Assembly (NCBI GenBank): GCA_024704765.1
Contig: JAKMXF010000024.1
Span: 25,218-89,217, forward strand
DNA length: 64,000 nucleotides
Origin: Oopsacas minuta
Taxonomy: Eukaryota > Animalia > Porifera
Reading direction: 5' to 3'
A program made the translations under genes and the position numbers. Positions 52,269 to 62,282 of this stretch are shown here, in pieces (position 1 is the stretch's first letter; each line of letters starts with the position of its first letter). Below the pieces are notes generated by a model. That model was not told where the DNA came from and did not search any database. It saw nothing but the letters and a program-made list of their open reading frames with translations.

Positions 52269-53495
52269 ATGGCTACTGCTCCAAAGCCTCCTGGAGTAGA
52301 AGATAGCTTTGAACTTCAAATAAGTCGAATAAAACGTCAAATTGATGACAAATTTTGTAAAATAACAAATTATTTGAAAAAGAGGAAAGACCAACTTTTG
52401 AGGGAATTGGAAGAAATTCACAAACATAATAAACTGGAAAATGACAAACATAAACAATATATATACGAAATTACAAAAACTCAAAAGTTTATTGGAGAAA
52501 ATATAGAATCAACCACAATGAAAGGAACTCAAACTGAAATGATGAAAATCCTAGAACAGAAACAGAAAGAGATAGAATCTGAATGGAAACCCAAACATAT
52601 TTCATTTGAATTTGATAATACACTATTCGATATGATTAATGGATTTGGTAAGATTAGTGTTGTTAATTCAAGTTACTCATGTCTACCAGTTGTAGATTAT
52701 AAAGGTAAAGTGAAACCAGTAGTGAGTGTAGGTACTGGAGGTAGTGGTGAAGGACAATTCAGCTATCCATGGGGAGTTGCTGTTGATTACAGAACAGATA
52801 ACATCTATGTAGCAGATCGTAACAACAGAGTACAGGTATTCAGTAAAGATGGTAAATTCTTGTTTCTATTTGGTGCTGATAAGATGAACTGTCCTGTCTG
52901 TATTACTATTGATAAAGAGAGAGTATTTGTGAGTCAGAATGGAGCAGGTTGTTTGTTGATATTTGATTTGAAAGGAAATTTTATCAAACAAATAGGTACT
53001 CCAGGTAGTGGAGAAGGACAATTCAACGATCCTCGTGGTATTGCTATCAATGTAGATAATGGAGATATTTATGTATGTGATTGCTCTAACAACAGAATAC
53101 AAATATTCTCACAAGATTATTCTTACAAATCTCAGTTTGGAATTGGTATAGTCAAATATCCAGTGGACATACAACTGACTAAAGATACTATATTTGTATT
53201 GACTAATTATAATTCCTTTCTCTACTTTTTCAACTATAATTTTAATCAAGTACAGAACACTGTATGTGATTCTATTAACAAACATTTGAATCGTCCGTAT
53301 TCATTCCTGATTGATGGAGCTGGTAATTTCATTATTTCGAATCACAACAGTAATAATGTTATTATATTTGATAATACAGGGCAATTACTTCATAAACTCA
53401 CTAACTCACTATCAGAACCTATTGGAGTTGATCTGAACTCTAAGGGAGGAATTATTGTTGTAGATAACAAAAACAACAATCTTCTCATATTCTAG
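52269..53495 (+). CDS. Coiled-coil plus NHL-repeat beta-propeller protein (TRIM-NHL-like, no RING or B-box)
   Basis: GSGEGQFSYPWGVAVD and GSGEGQFNDPRGIAIN NHL repeats. The start is 52233 or 52269. Confidence 0.88.
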   Translation: MATAPKPPGVEDSFELQISRIKRQIDDKFCKITNYLKKRKDQLLRELEEIHKHNKLENDKHKQYIYEITKTQKFIGENIESTTMKGTQTEMMKILEQKQKEIESEWKPKHISFEFDNTLFDMINGFGKISVVNSSYSCLPVVDYKGKVKPVVSVGTGGSGEGQFSYPWGVAVDYRTDNIYVADRNNRVQVFSKDGKFLFLFGADKMNCPVCITIDKERVFVSQNGAGCLLIFDLKGNFIKQIGTPGSGEGQFNDPRGIAINVDNGDIYVCDCSNNRIQIFSQDYSYKSQFGIGIVKYPVDIQLTKDTIFVLTNYNSFLYFFNYNFNQVQNTVCDSINKHLNRPYSFLIDGAGNFIISNHNSNNVIIFDNTGQLLHKLTNSLSEPIGVDLNSKGGIIVVDNKNNNLLIF

Positions 53496-54230
53496 TTACA
53501 TATGTTGTCTTAATAATTTTGCTGAATATGATTTAACCTAATACATTTATTGATAGTACATTAATTATTGTTTTCTGATTTTCTCTGTTTTATATTTTAT
53601 TTTGAATATTTATCTTTTCAAATGTTAATTTTATAATTTTATGTTAATTCTATTGCCGATTTGTTAATTTTAGTGTTCCTATAGGGAGATGCTCTAATGG
53701 CATGGACGATGTGCGACACAACCCTGTCATGCGAAATCTAGCAGTCCGATTCACATGATAATTGGTGCATATGTATTGGATCTGAGAATTGCCCTTCGGG
53801 TATGAATTGTTTCGAAAGTGAATATTTCAAACCTTCCTTTGTAATATTCTAAAGGATGCTATAATTAGGTTTCAACATGTTGTCAGGGGTAATTGGGTGC
53901 GTAGAGTCCGATTTTTTGAGAATTTCATAACTCGAAAGTAACTAATTCACAAATTTATCATATGAATAATCATATTCTACACCTTTTTGCATATTATTGA
54001 ATATGATGCTAGGGACTTCGTTTTACTGCTAGTTGGGGTAATCGAGCATGTAGATTTCAATTTTCACATTTTCAAATCTATATCTACATGATTTATCATA
54101 TGATTAATCATAACACAAATATATAATCCTGAGCTGCACTCCCAGGCTGTCTGCTGGACATTTGATATATATTTGCCTACTCTGTAAACGCCTTGAGACT
54201 CTAGTGAAAGATGTACTAAATGCTGCACTC

Positions 54231-54774
<544 letters not shown>

Positions 54775-54836
<62 letters not shown>
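54775..54836. repeat. (TAT)~20 array between pLTR copies 1 and 2
   Basis: 62-nt perfect array. Confidence 0.97.
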
Positions 54837-54839
<3 letters not shown>

Positions 54840-55281
54840 AAAGAGTATATGTAGATTTAATAGTAGTAGACAATAACATAATTTGTTTCGCTGGCTATTT
54901 ATCCAGCTCATCAGTACAAACACAACTCTAGTACTAAATATAACTGATTGCTGCTATTCTAAGGTTTGAAGGAACATTCTAGATTTCTGAGTAACAAAGG
55001 ATGATAAAGCGTATCTGGGCTTACTAATATTATTTATGGGAGTTACTATATAAAGTGGATTTGAGCAATGGTGGTTTCTGAAAAAGTTGATTGCTGACAG
55101 GCTATGTAATCATGTTTGGTTTAGAGATGATCATTTGAATTTTCTGAACTAGTATATTCTAAATCAGTTGTAATTGTGGTATTGATTGTGACATCTGGAG
55201 TATTATCGGGTTCTTCGTTAGGTGGTTGACTAATAGTTTCGTAGAAAGGTTCTTGAATCGTAAAGATTTGTTGTATACTAC
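54837..55281 (-). repeat. 3' pseudo-LTR (copy 2) of the full-length element
   Basis: Contains the last codons of ORF2 (SSIQQ...NDHL*) and the 3' UTR. Appears identical to copy 3. Confidence 0.93.
54861..54937 (-). ncRNA. Type I hammerhead ribozyme (copy 2)
   Basis: Same core as copy 1. Predicted cleavage between 54869 and 54868. Confidence 0.9.
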
Positions 55282-57403
55282 TATTATTATTATTATTAAA
55301 ATAGTAGCCACTTCTGAGTCGTTCCGCCCACTTTGTCTCCAAGGTAGTGATAGTTTTTGACGGAGTGCGGAAGTGGGCGGGAATAAGTTGAAGGATTTCC
55401 CAGGTGAGTTGGTTATTTTTATTAAGGTGTTGAGCGATTCTATGCAAATGTGGGCGTTGTAAAATATTTCGGCGAGTTGCGCCTGCTTGGCCAACATACA
55501 TAACTGTTGGATGGTCTGGGTGTCTCAATGCGTAGATCATGCGATAAGTAGCGCAGGGTATTATTGGAGTATTTATTTTGGAATGCACTGTGGGGTTATA
55601 GTGGTCACATATTCTACATATGTCGTCGTGATCCACATCAGGGATGTAAGGATGTCCTACAGGTGGTTTTGAGTATGAAATGAGAGCTTTTAATGGAGCT
55701 AGAGGTATTGTGTAAATAAGTTTTATGGGTTTGTTTATTATTAGAGGAGCTAGTTGACTATAGGTTGGGCGGGTTTGAGACCAAGATGTTAATATTGCAG
55801 TATAGGGTTCTTCTTGTTGTTGATTGGTAGTGGAGTGTTTTATAATAGGGAAATAGGCTGTCGTGGTCATTATTTCAATTGCGTGTTTAAGTGGGTACGA
55901 AGCTCTGTTTAAGAGTGGAAGGTAGTAAGATAACAAATTGTTTAATGTTTTATGAGGGTGAGTGGTTTGGGTTGCTAGTCGGAAGGCATATCCTGTTGGG
56001 ATGTTTTGAAGATCATGAGGGTGATAACTGTGATAGTGTAATGGAACCGGATTTCTCTCTTTTGATTTATAAGGAATTAAGGTTTTTGATTCTGGGAGAT
56101 ACTGGATATCTTGCAGGAAGTTATCTGGCGCTTCCTTTAACAAGTATGGTGTAAGCAACTCTTGAGGTATTGGAAAGGTAGCTGTAAGGTCGTCAAAGTA
56201 TACTGAGAACTTTTCCATAGGTGGTGGGATGTAATTTCTGAGGAGATATGCAGTGGCCAATTGGGCGAGTTCTGGAGAACAACTAAGTCCCTGAGGTATA
56301 CCTGTTGGGCCTAAATGATAAATCTTCTCTCCATCTGTTATAAAGTTCATGTTTAGGGTTTTTTCAATTAAGTTATTAAGTGATTCGTTTTGTGGTATGA
56401 AGAAATCTAATGCAGCTTCAATAAGGGAGTGTGGAGTTGAGGGGTAGAAATCTTTTACGTCCTGTGCGTAGAGTTTTAATGGGGGTCCGTATTCGAATAA
56501 GGAATTTAAGGCATCTTTGGCGTCCTTATGATGGTAAGGCTGTTGTCTAATTATGGGTTGAAGCATGGGGGTGATAATTGATGAGGATAGTGAGGTTAAC
56601 GAAGATGCATGGTTAACCACAGGTCTAAAGAACGGAAGAAGAGTTATAGGATCCGAACTGAAGGTGAAAATGTTTGTGAGTTCGTAATGTTCTACAGCTG
56701 GGAAGGTGTCTTTGTGGATTTTTACCTTAAAATAAAAGGTAGGTGTTCTATCGTCCTCTTGTAATGTCTGTAATTCTGGGTTATACAAGAGTAATGCTTC
56801 TCTAAGTTTTCTGGTTAAGATTATTGCTTGCCAAGGGGATATTTGTTGTTTATCTTGGGTATAAGCGTTATATATCCTGTTCAATGTCTTTTTAGTTATG
56901 ATGACTAGGCCCGTTCCTTTGTCTACAGGGAGGATTGTGGCTTTTTCCTTTTTTAAGTTTTGTTTTATATCTTCTAGGTTCATTTTGAAAGTTTCATACG
57001 TTTTTCTCTTGAAGTGGGGAATTTGGAAGTGGGTCAATGGGGGTAGATTCTCATTTAATCTGAGGGCATGCATAAATGGGCTTTGGAATGGTGTTGCATT
57101 TTCTGTAGGAATTTGGAAATTTAGGCCAAACGTCAACAAAGTTTGTAAGGTTACTGCCATGTGTTTTCTAATAGTATGTTCTATGAAAATGTTTGGGGGA
57201 CTAAAATGGGTGAAGACTAGAGGTTCTGGATGTTGGATTGTGTGGGGAATATTCGGGGATAAAAGGTCCAGATGGTGTTTTGATTTTTCGTGTGGGGTGT
57301 CTAGATGCTCGCAAATGGAACATGAATGGCTTTTATATGTTGTGGCTGCTAGTTTGAGGGTACCTCCCGGGTCAAGCAGCGTGACCCGGTGGCGTCCTAA
57401 AAA
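55121..57403 (-). CDS. PLE ORF2: reverse transcriptase plus GIY-YIG endonuclease. The frame is open 81 codons upstream of the first AUG (57160)
   Basis: LLTFGLNFQIP, PVDKGTGLVII, TPTFYFKVKIHK, FRPVV, QDVKDFYPSTP, GIPQGLSCSPELA, VYFDD, LHYHSYHP RT motifs. CRIC...C linker, then MIYAL...MYVGQ and LETKW (GIY-YIG). No stop in this frame from 57403 to 55124 (57161-57403 translated by hand). Confidence 0.92.
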   Translation of the reverse strand, partial: FLGRHRVTLLDPGGTLKLAATTYKSHSCSICEHLDTPHEKSKHHLDLLSPNIPHTIQHPEPLVFTHFSPPNIFIEHTIRKHMAVTLQTLLTFGLNFQIPTENATPFQSPFMHALRLNENLPPLTHFQIPHFKRKTYETFKMNLEDIKQNLKKEKATILPVDKGTGLVIITKKTLNRIYNAYTQDKQQISPWQAIILTRKLREALLLYNPELQTLQEDDRTPTFYFKVKIHKDTFPAVEHYELTNIFTFSSDPITLLPFFRPVVNHASSLTSLSSSIITPMLQPIIRQQPYHHKDAKDALNSLFEYGPPLKLYAQDVKDFYPSTPHSLIEAALDFFIPQNESLNNLIEKTLNMNFITDGEKIYHLGPTGIPQGLSCSPELAQLATAYLLRNYIPPPMEKFSVYFDDLTATFPIPQELLTPYLLKEAPDNFLQDIQYLPESKTLIPYKSKERNPVPLHYHSYHPHDLQNIPTGYAFRLATQTTHPHKTLNNLLSYYLPLLNRASYPLKHAIEIMTTTAYFPIIKHSTTNQQQEEPYTAILTSWSQTRPTYSQLAPLIINKPIKLIYTIPLAPLKALISYSKPPVGHPYIPDVDHDDICRICDHYNPTVHSKINTPIIPCATYRMIYALRHPDHPTVMYVGQAGATRRNILQRPHLHRIAQHLNKNNQLTWEILQLIPAHFRTPSKTITTLETKWAERLRSGYYFNNNNNSSIQQIFTIQEPFYETISQPPNEEPDNTPDVTINTTITTDLEYTSSENSNDHL

Positions 57404-57406
57404 TTA
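57345..57406 (-). promoter_or_regulatory. Predicted -1 ribosomal frameshift signal: U_AAU_UUU_UAG plus H-type pseudoknot
   Basis: Stem 1 CCGGGUCA/UGACCCGG (8 bp, 57389-57382 with 57374-57367). Loop GCUGCU pairs with AGCAGC (57350-57345). ORF2 is in the -1 frame and opens exactly at the U-run. Confidence 0.72.
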
Positions 57407-58749
57407 GGAATATCGAACGTGGCTAATGATGGGAGTGGTTTTAGGGTTAGTGTTTGCTGTGTCCATATAGAGTTCTCTGGGGCTACTTCATGGGTGCAAT
57501 TTCTGGCTTTACATTCTCTAGCATTTGGGTCTGGACAGACTCTTTCCGTTATATGGCACAATCTATCTGGAAAGTGCTTTGAGCTGTTTTGTAGATTTCT
57601 GGGCTTTCCGCATTTGGCGCACATTCCATATTGTGAGCAGGTTTTTACTAAGGCGTATCTAATTGCTTTTTTGGTGTCTTCGTGATGAGGATTTTCGGTT
57701 GTGTTATAGAATGATGCTTGTTTGTTTAAGGATGGGGATAGGGGGCAACCATATCGTTCTGTGTGGTTTGGGTGGTCTAGAGTTATGACTTTGTATAATT
57801 CTTTGAAGTTTTCTCTAATATTTGCTGGGAGACTAAGAGCAATAGTATCCACGTCCTTTTTGGTTGCTTGTATGTGGATGCTTTCCATGTGCTTTTGTTT
57901 AGCACCAGCTAACATAGCTGATGCATTAACGCAATGAGTACAGGGATACTGAGTATTTGGGCAAGGTTTAATTTTAGGAATGAACTTGAAGGGCTGTTTT
58001 CTTGCTGTGCCAGCGTCTGTACCGGCAATTTGAGCATAGGTGTGGGTTTTTGGGCCTTGAGCAGCTTTAGTTAATAGTGGATGGGTAGATAGGCGTTGGA
58101 TAACTATTGATTTGAGTATGTTTTTGTGGAGTTCATAGAGTTCTAGCTCTGCTAGAGATTGGACGAGCACTAAAGTTTCAATTACATTTTGGAGGGCTGG
58201 ATGTTTGAACATAGGGGCTAGGTTTGCCACTTCTGGATTATTTGCTTGGAAGGTTTCTCTCTCGCCATTTTGAAGTACTAATTCTGATAGGCCTAAGGAT
58301 GATGCTTTAATGAGATACGGATTTTGTTGTTCTGAAGTTGAAGTATAGAGCAGCTCTTCTGGTATTGGCTTATCAGCTGCTTCCAGGTAGGCTGCTAGGA
58401 AAGTGTCCGCTAAGAGATTCTTAAGATTGTTAGGGATTGCTTGCCTGATTTGTTGACACAAAGAGGCTAATTCTGGGTGTTGTTTTAATTTCTGGGCCGG
58501 AACAATAGTGGGAGGGAGATTCTTTCCTGATGCAATCTGTTGTGCATCCTGGATAATTGGATGTTGTTCGGTTGTGATAGATAGATGTTGAGAGCTATCC
58601 TTTTGATTTGGATTTTGATTCCTTGGTTGTGGGCCAAAAGGTCTACCGCTTCTAGTACGGTATGGGCTAGTGTGGGTGTCACGCCAGTTTTGACCGACGG
58701 ACCGCCCTCGGTGTCCCCTAGAGGACCCCCGTGGATTATATGTTGCCAT
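57397..58749 (-). CDS. PLE ORF1, 450 aa: Arg/Gly-rich N-terminus, helical middle, Cys/His-rich C-terminus (Gag-like, putative nucleic-acid binding)
   Basis: Intact ORF inside the element, starting 38 nt after the 5' pLTR. MATYNPRGSSRGHRGRS; CPNTQYPCTHC; CAKCGKPRN...HFPDRLC; CPDPNARECKARNCTH. Confidence 0.85.
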   Translation of the reverse strand: MATYNPRGSSRGHRGRSVGQNWRDTHTSPYRTRSGRPFGPQPRNQNPNQKDSSQHLSITTEQHPIIQDAQQIASGKNLPPTIVPAQKLKQHPELASLCQQIRQAIPNNLKNLLADTFLAAYLEAADKPIPEELLYTSTSEQQNPYLIKASSLGLSELVLQNGERETFQANNPEVANLAPMFKHPALQNVIETLVLVQSLAELELYELHKNILKSIVIQRLSTHPLLTKAAQGPKTHTYAQIAGTDAGTARKQPFKFIPKIKPCPNTQYPCTHCVNASAMLAGAKQKHMESIHIQATKKDVDTIALSLPANIRENFKELYKVITLDHPNHTERYGCPLSPSLNKQASFYNTTENPHHEDTKKAIRYALVKTCSQYGMCAKCGKPRNLQNSSKHFPDRLCHITERVCPDPNARECKARNCTHEVAPENSIWTQQTLTLKPLPSLATFDIPNF

Positions 58750-58787
58750 AGTCTACGGTTATTGTTTTGACTATATAGGCTATATCA

Positions 58788-59232
58788 ACTAAAGAGTATA
58801 TGTAGATTTAATAGTAGTAGACAATAACATAATTTGTTTCGCTGGCTATTTATCCAGCTCATCAGTACAAACACAACTCTAGTACTAAATATAACTGATT
58901 GCTGCTATTCTAAGGTTTGAAGGAACATTCTAGATTTCTGAGTAACAAAGGATGATAAAGCGTATCTGGGCTTACTAATATTATTTATGGGAGTTACTAT
59001 ATAAAGTGGATTTGAGCAATGGTGGTTTCTGAAAAAGTTGATTGCTGACAGGCTATGTAATCATGTTTGGTTTAGAGATGATCATTTGAATTTTCTGAAC
59101 TAGTATATTCTAAATCAGTTGTAATTGTGGTATTGATTGTGACATCTGGAGTATTATCGGGTTCTTCGTTAGGTGGTTGACTAATAGTTTCGTAGAAAGG
59201 TTCTTGAATCGTAAAGATTTGTTGTATACTAC
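58788..59232 (-). repeat. 5' pseudo-LTR (copy 3)
   Basis: Direct repeat of 54837-55281 at a 3951-bp offset. Confidence 0.93.
58812..58888 (-). ncRNA. Type I hammerhead ribozyme (copy 3)
   Basis: Same core. Predicted cleavage between 58820 and 58819, 70 nt upstream of the ORF1 AUG. Confidence 0.9.
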
Positions 59233-59364
<132 letters not shown>

Positions 59365-59511
59365 NTCTCACTGGGATGGGAGAAACAAGCTAGTCTAATG
59401 ATAATTATGGTAACAGATGATAATAACCATTATACTAATACACACAGTTTAGATTAAATAGTTGAGTAAAAGAAACTAAAGTCAAAATTCACAGCTTAAA
59501 TAACAACAATT

Positions 59512-60039
59512 TCAGCGAGCAGATTAGGTACGCACTGAGTTTGAGCTGAACTAAGATCCAAAGGTCCGTTGTGTTATTATCATGAATATTAACATTTTAT
59601 GCCAGATATGTGGGCCTGTCACTGGAAAATTTTTCTTCTCGGGATAGAGGCCGATATGGCGTCTAAACAAGACGTGAAATTTGGTATATCTGAGCTGGAC
59701 CAAAATTTTGTGACAACCTCTGGTGGAGACTTTCTACAAACACATCTTGGCCGTTCCGTTCAGTAAATAGAGAAGGCTTTGTTATTTTGTGATTGTGCCA
59801 TTGTAATTCTTGTAATTTTGTTATTTAAGTGGATATTCTTTGTGACCTAGTTGGTTGCTACTGAGAATAAGAGGCTAGTGACTCTAGTGAAAAGATAATG
59901 TAGGCACAGCAATTATAGAAGGTTTTAACAATAATACAAAATACACATATTACGTAAATATTTGTTGGCAAAGAAACAACTGCCAAATTCACATTGTAAT
60001 TAACAATAATTTTCAGCGCGTACCTTATCTACGCGCTGA
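59512..60039. mobile_element. MITE-like element with 27-bp palindromic TIRs (copy A)
   Basis: Left TCAGCGAGCAGATTAGGTACGCACTGA, right TCAGCGCGTACCTTATCTACGCGCTGA. The body is homologous to 61233-61658. Confidence 0.7.
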
Positions 60040-60268
60040 GTACTCCACATGAATATCTGAGTAGAGATTTTCATGTGGATTTTTGGTCAAGTTGAAGCTC
60101 CAAGACCAATTTGACCAAACTTGACCATATATGTCGACCATCATGATACAAAATTTATAAAAAGTGTGGCCATATCCCAAGAAAGTTTGAGAAACCCTAC
60201 TTTATTTAGTAGGCTTAATTATATATAGATTTGGTTAGTTGGAATCTTGGTATATACGAAAATACTAC

Positions 60269-60349
60269 ATATACCAGATATACCAGATATACCAGATATA
60301 CCAGATATACCAGATATACCAGATATACCAGATATACGAGATATACGAG
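60269..60349. repeat. 9-bp tandem repeat (ATATACCAG)7(ATATACGAG)2
   Basis: Read directly from the sequence. Confidence 0.95.
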
Positions 60350-60373
60350 AGTGTGGGAATTGCGAAATTCGAA

Positions 60374-60442
60374 TTCAAAATAGCATACCATTATAATTCA
60401 TTCCTTCAAAATAGCATACCATTATAATTCATTCCTTCAAAA
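60374..60442. repeat. 31-bp tandem duplication
   Basis: TTCAAAATAGCATACCATTATAATTCATTCC x2 plus a partial third unit. Confidence 0.9.
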
Positions 60443-60562
60443 CAAATACACAGACACACAAATCAGTTCAGATTTAATAATTAGAATATATTAACGAAGA
60501 GAGGCCAGAATCAATTGGAAACGAGTAAAAATGTTGGATCCACAGTTATTTGAAGAATTTTA

Positions 60563-60931
60563 CTATTTGGCCTCAAATCCATACAACACTTTTCCTCTTC
60601 GTTTAAGGGCATAAAGAACATCTAATGCCAAGACAGTTTTCCGTTTTGCGTGCTCTGCATATAAAACCGAATCCTTCAGGATAGATTCCAAAAATATTCT
60701 CAAAACTTGTCTAGCCTCGTCGTAAATTAGTCCGCTTATTCTTTTAACTCCACCTCGTCTCGCCAGCCGCCGAATATCCCCGCTAGATATTCCGTAAATA
60801 TGACCTCTAATTTGACGACGATGTCTTGCATATCGAATTTTCTTCCCTTTTCCCCTTCCTCCAATGTCACTTTTTCTAGCTGATTGAGTTGACTCATTAT
60901 TTACGTTAATACGATATGACGTATTAGGCAT
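60563..60931 (-). CDS. Divergent histone H4 variant with N-terminal extension, 122 aa from the first ATG (the ORF-track start at 60961 is TTG)
   Basis: [33 protein letters not shown] and LYGF match the H4 fold. The tail is strongly altered. Confidence 0.88.
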   Translation of the reverse strand: MPNTSYRINVNNESTQSARKSDIGGRGKGKKIRYARHRRQIRGHIYGISSGDIRRLARRGGVKRISGLIYDEARQVLRIFLESILKDSVLYAEHAKRKTVLALDVLYALKRRGKVLYGFEAK

Positions 60932-60987
60932 GGTATGCAATTGACTAATGACTGATTTCAAAAGATATATATAAATAAAAATGTATA

Positions 60988-61038
60988 TACCGTTTACCTC
61001 GAATAATCGCCCCCGCTATTATTCGAGGGATTACGGTA
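60988..61038. mobile_element. Tiny fold-back MITE remnant upstream of the H4 variant
   Basis: TACCGTTTACCTCGAATAA...TTATTCGAGGGATTACGGTA inverted repeat. Confidence 0.55.
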
Positions 61039-61232
61039 TGCACAGTGAAGAAATCAAGAATTGGTAATATAAATGTCCAAATAGGCAACATTCTTAGGAA
61101 GCGCCTATACAATGAAGTGAAATTCTAGCTATTCATGAGGCTATTGGAAATGTAACCATATGGAATCCAAACTAATTAGTGATATGAATTTTAAATACAA
61201 AATCAATACAGAATCGTTAAATAACAACAATT

Positions 61233-61658
61233 CCAGTGTGTAGATTAGGTACGAGCTGAACTGAGGTTTAAAGGTCCGTTGTGTATATTATCATGAATAT
61301 TACCATCTTATGCCAGATATGTGGGGCCTTCACTGGAAACTTTGTCCTCACGGGATAGAGGCCGGCCTGGCGTCTAAACAAGGCGTGAAAGTTGGTATAT
61401 CTGGGTCGGACCAAAAGTCAGGGGGGCCAAAATTTTGTGACAAACTCTAGTGTAGACTTGCCTACAAGCACAACTTGGCCGTTCCGTAAATTTAGGTCTC
61501 CAAATCCGAAAAGATAATTGTAGGCATGGCAATTTTAGAAGGTTTAACAATAATATAAAATACACAAATTAGGTAAATAATTATTGGTAAAGAAACAAAA
61601 GTCAAATTCACATTGTAAATAACCATAGTTTCCAGCTCGTACCTAATCCACGCGCTGA
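61233..61658. mobile_element. MITE-like element with palindromic TIRs (copy B)
   Basis: Left CCAGTGTGTAGATTAGGTACGAGCTGA, right CCAGCTCGTACCTAATCCACGCGCTGA. Same orientation as copy A. Confidence 0.7.
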
Positions 61659-61768
61659 GTACTTGTTAATATATGGAAAATCTCTGTGACCACAGTGTGG
61701 TCAAGTTTGGTCATATGACCACAGGTTGAGAGATCCTCTACTAAAGATAAGGCCTTCACTACTTTTGA

Positions 61769-62035
61769 CCAGGGATAACAGGAAGTGGATATATCTGATT
61801 GGTAATTGTATAAAATTACCAATCAAATATATGCAAATTTTAGAGAATCGTTAACGTTAATTCTAACGATTATCGAGTTATTAGTGGATATTGAGAAAGT
61901 ATGTGAGATCCATGATTTGTGTGATAACTTAGAAACGTGCGAACTTTTTCATGACAAATTTAAAATGTACAATTTTCTACTATCGGCGATTCTAGAATTT
62001 CCCATTAATATATATCCACTTCCTGCTATCCCTGG
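61769..62035. mobile_element. MITE with 26-bp TIRs
   Basis: CCAGGGATAACAGGAAGTGGATATAT / ATATATCCACTTCCTGCTATCCCTGG (1 mismatch). No TSD found. Confidence 0.65.
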
Positions 62036-62282
62036 TTCAGTGCATTGCTTATTCACTATCTAACTCAGGGGTTCCCAACCTTTTGTAGCCCATGTCCTAT
62101 TATGCAAAAAGGATATTCACCGCTTACCCCCCATTGTAAATTACAACTTTCATTACCATTATATATTGACTGAGAATATGCTAATTAGGCTTCTTTGGTA
62201 AAAGTTATATGAATTCATTTGTTATTTCAAAGGTCTATTACTTGACAAATTAATACTCAATTGTGTGTAATAGAAAAGTAAT

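Noticed and set aside
57349-57399. Gammaretrovirus-style UAG readthrough at the ORF1 stop (UAG-G, short spacer, pseudoknot)
   Set aside because: In-frame readthrough meets another UAG after 15 codons and never reaches the RT, which is in the -1 frame.
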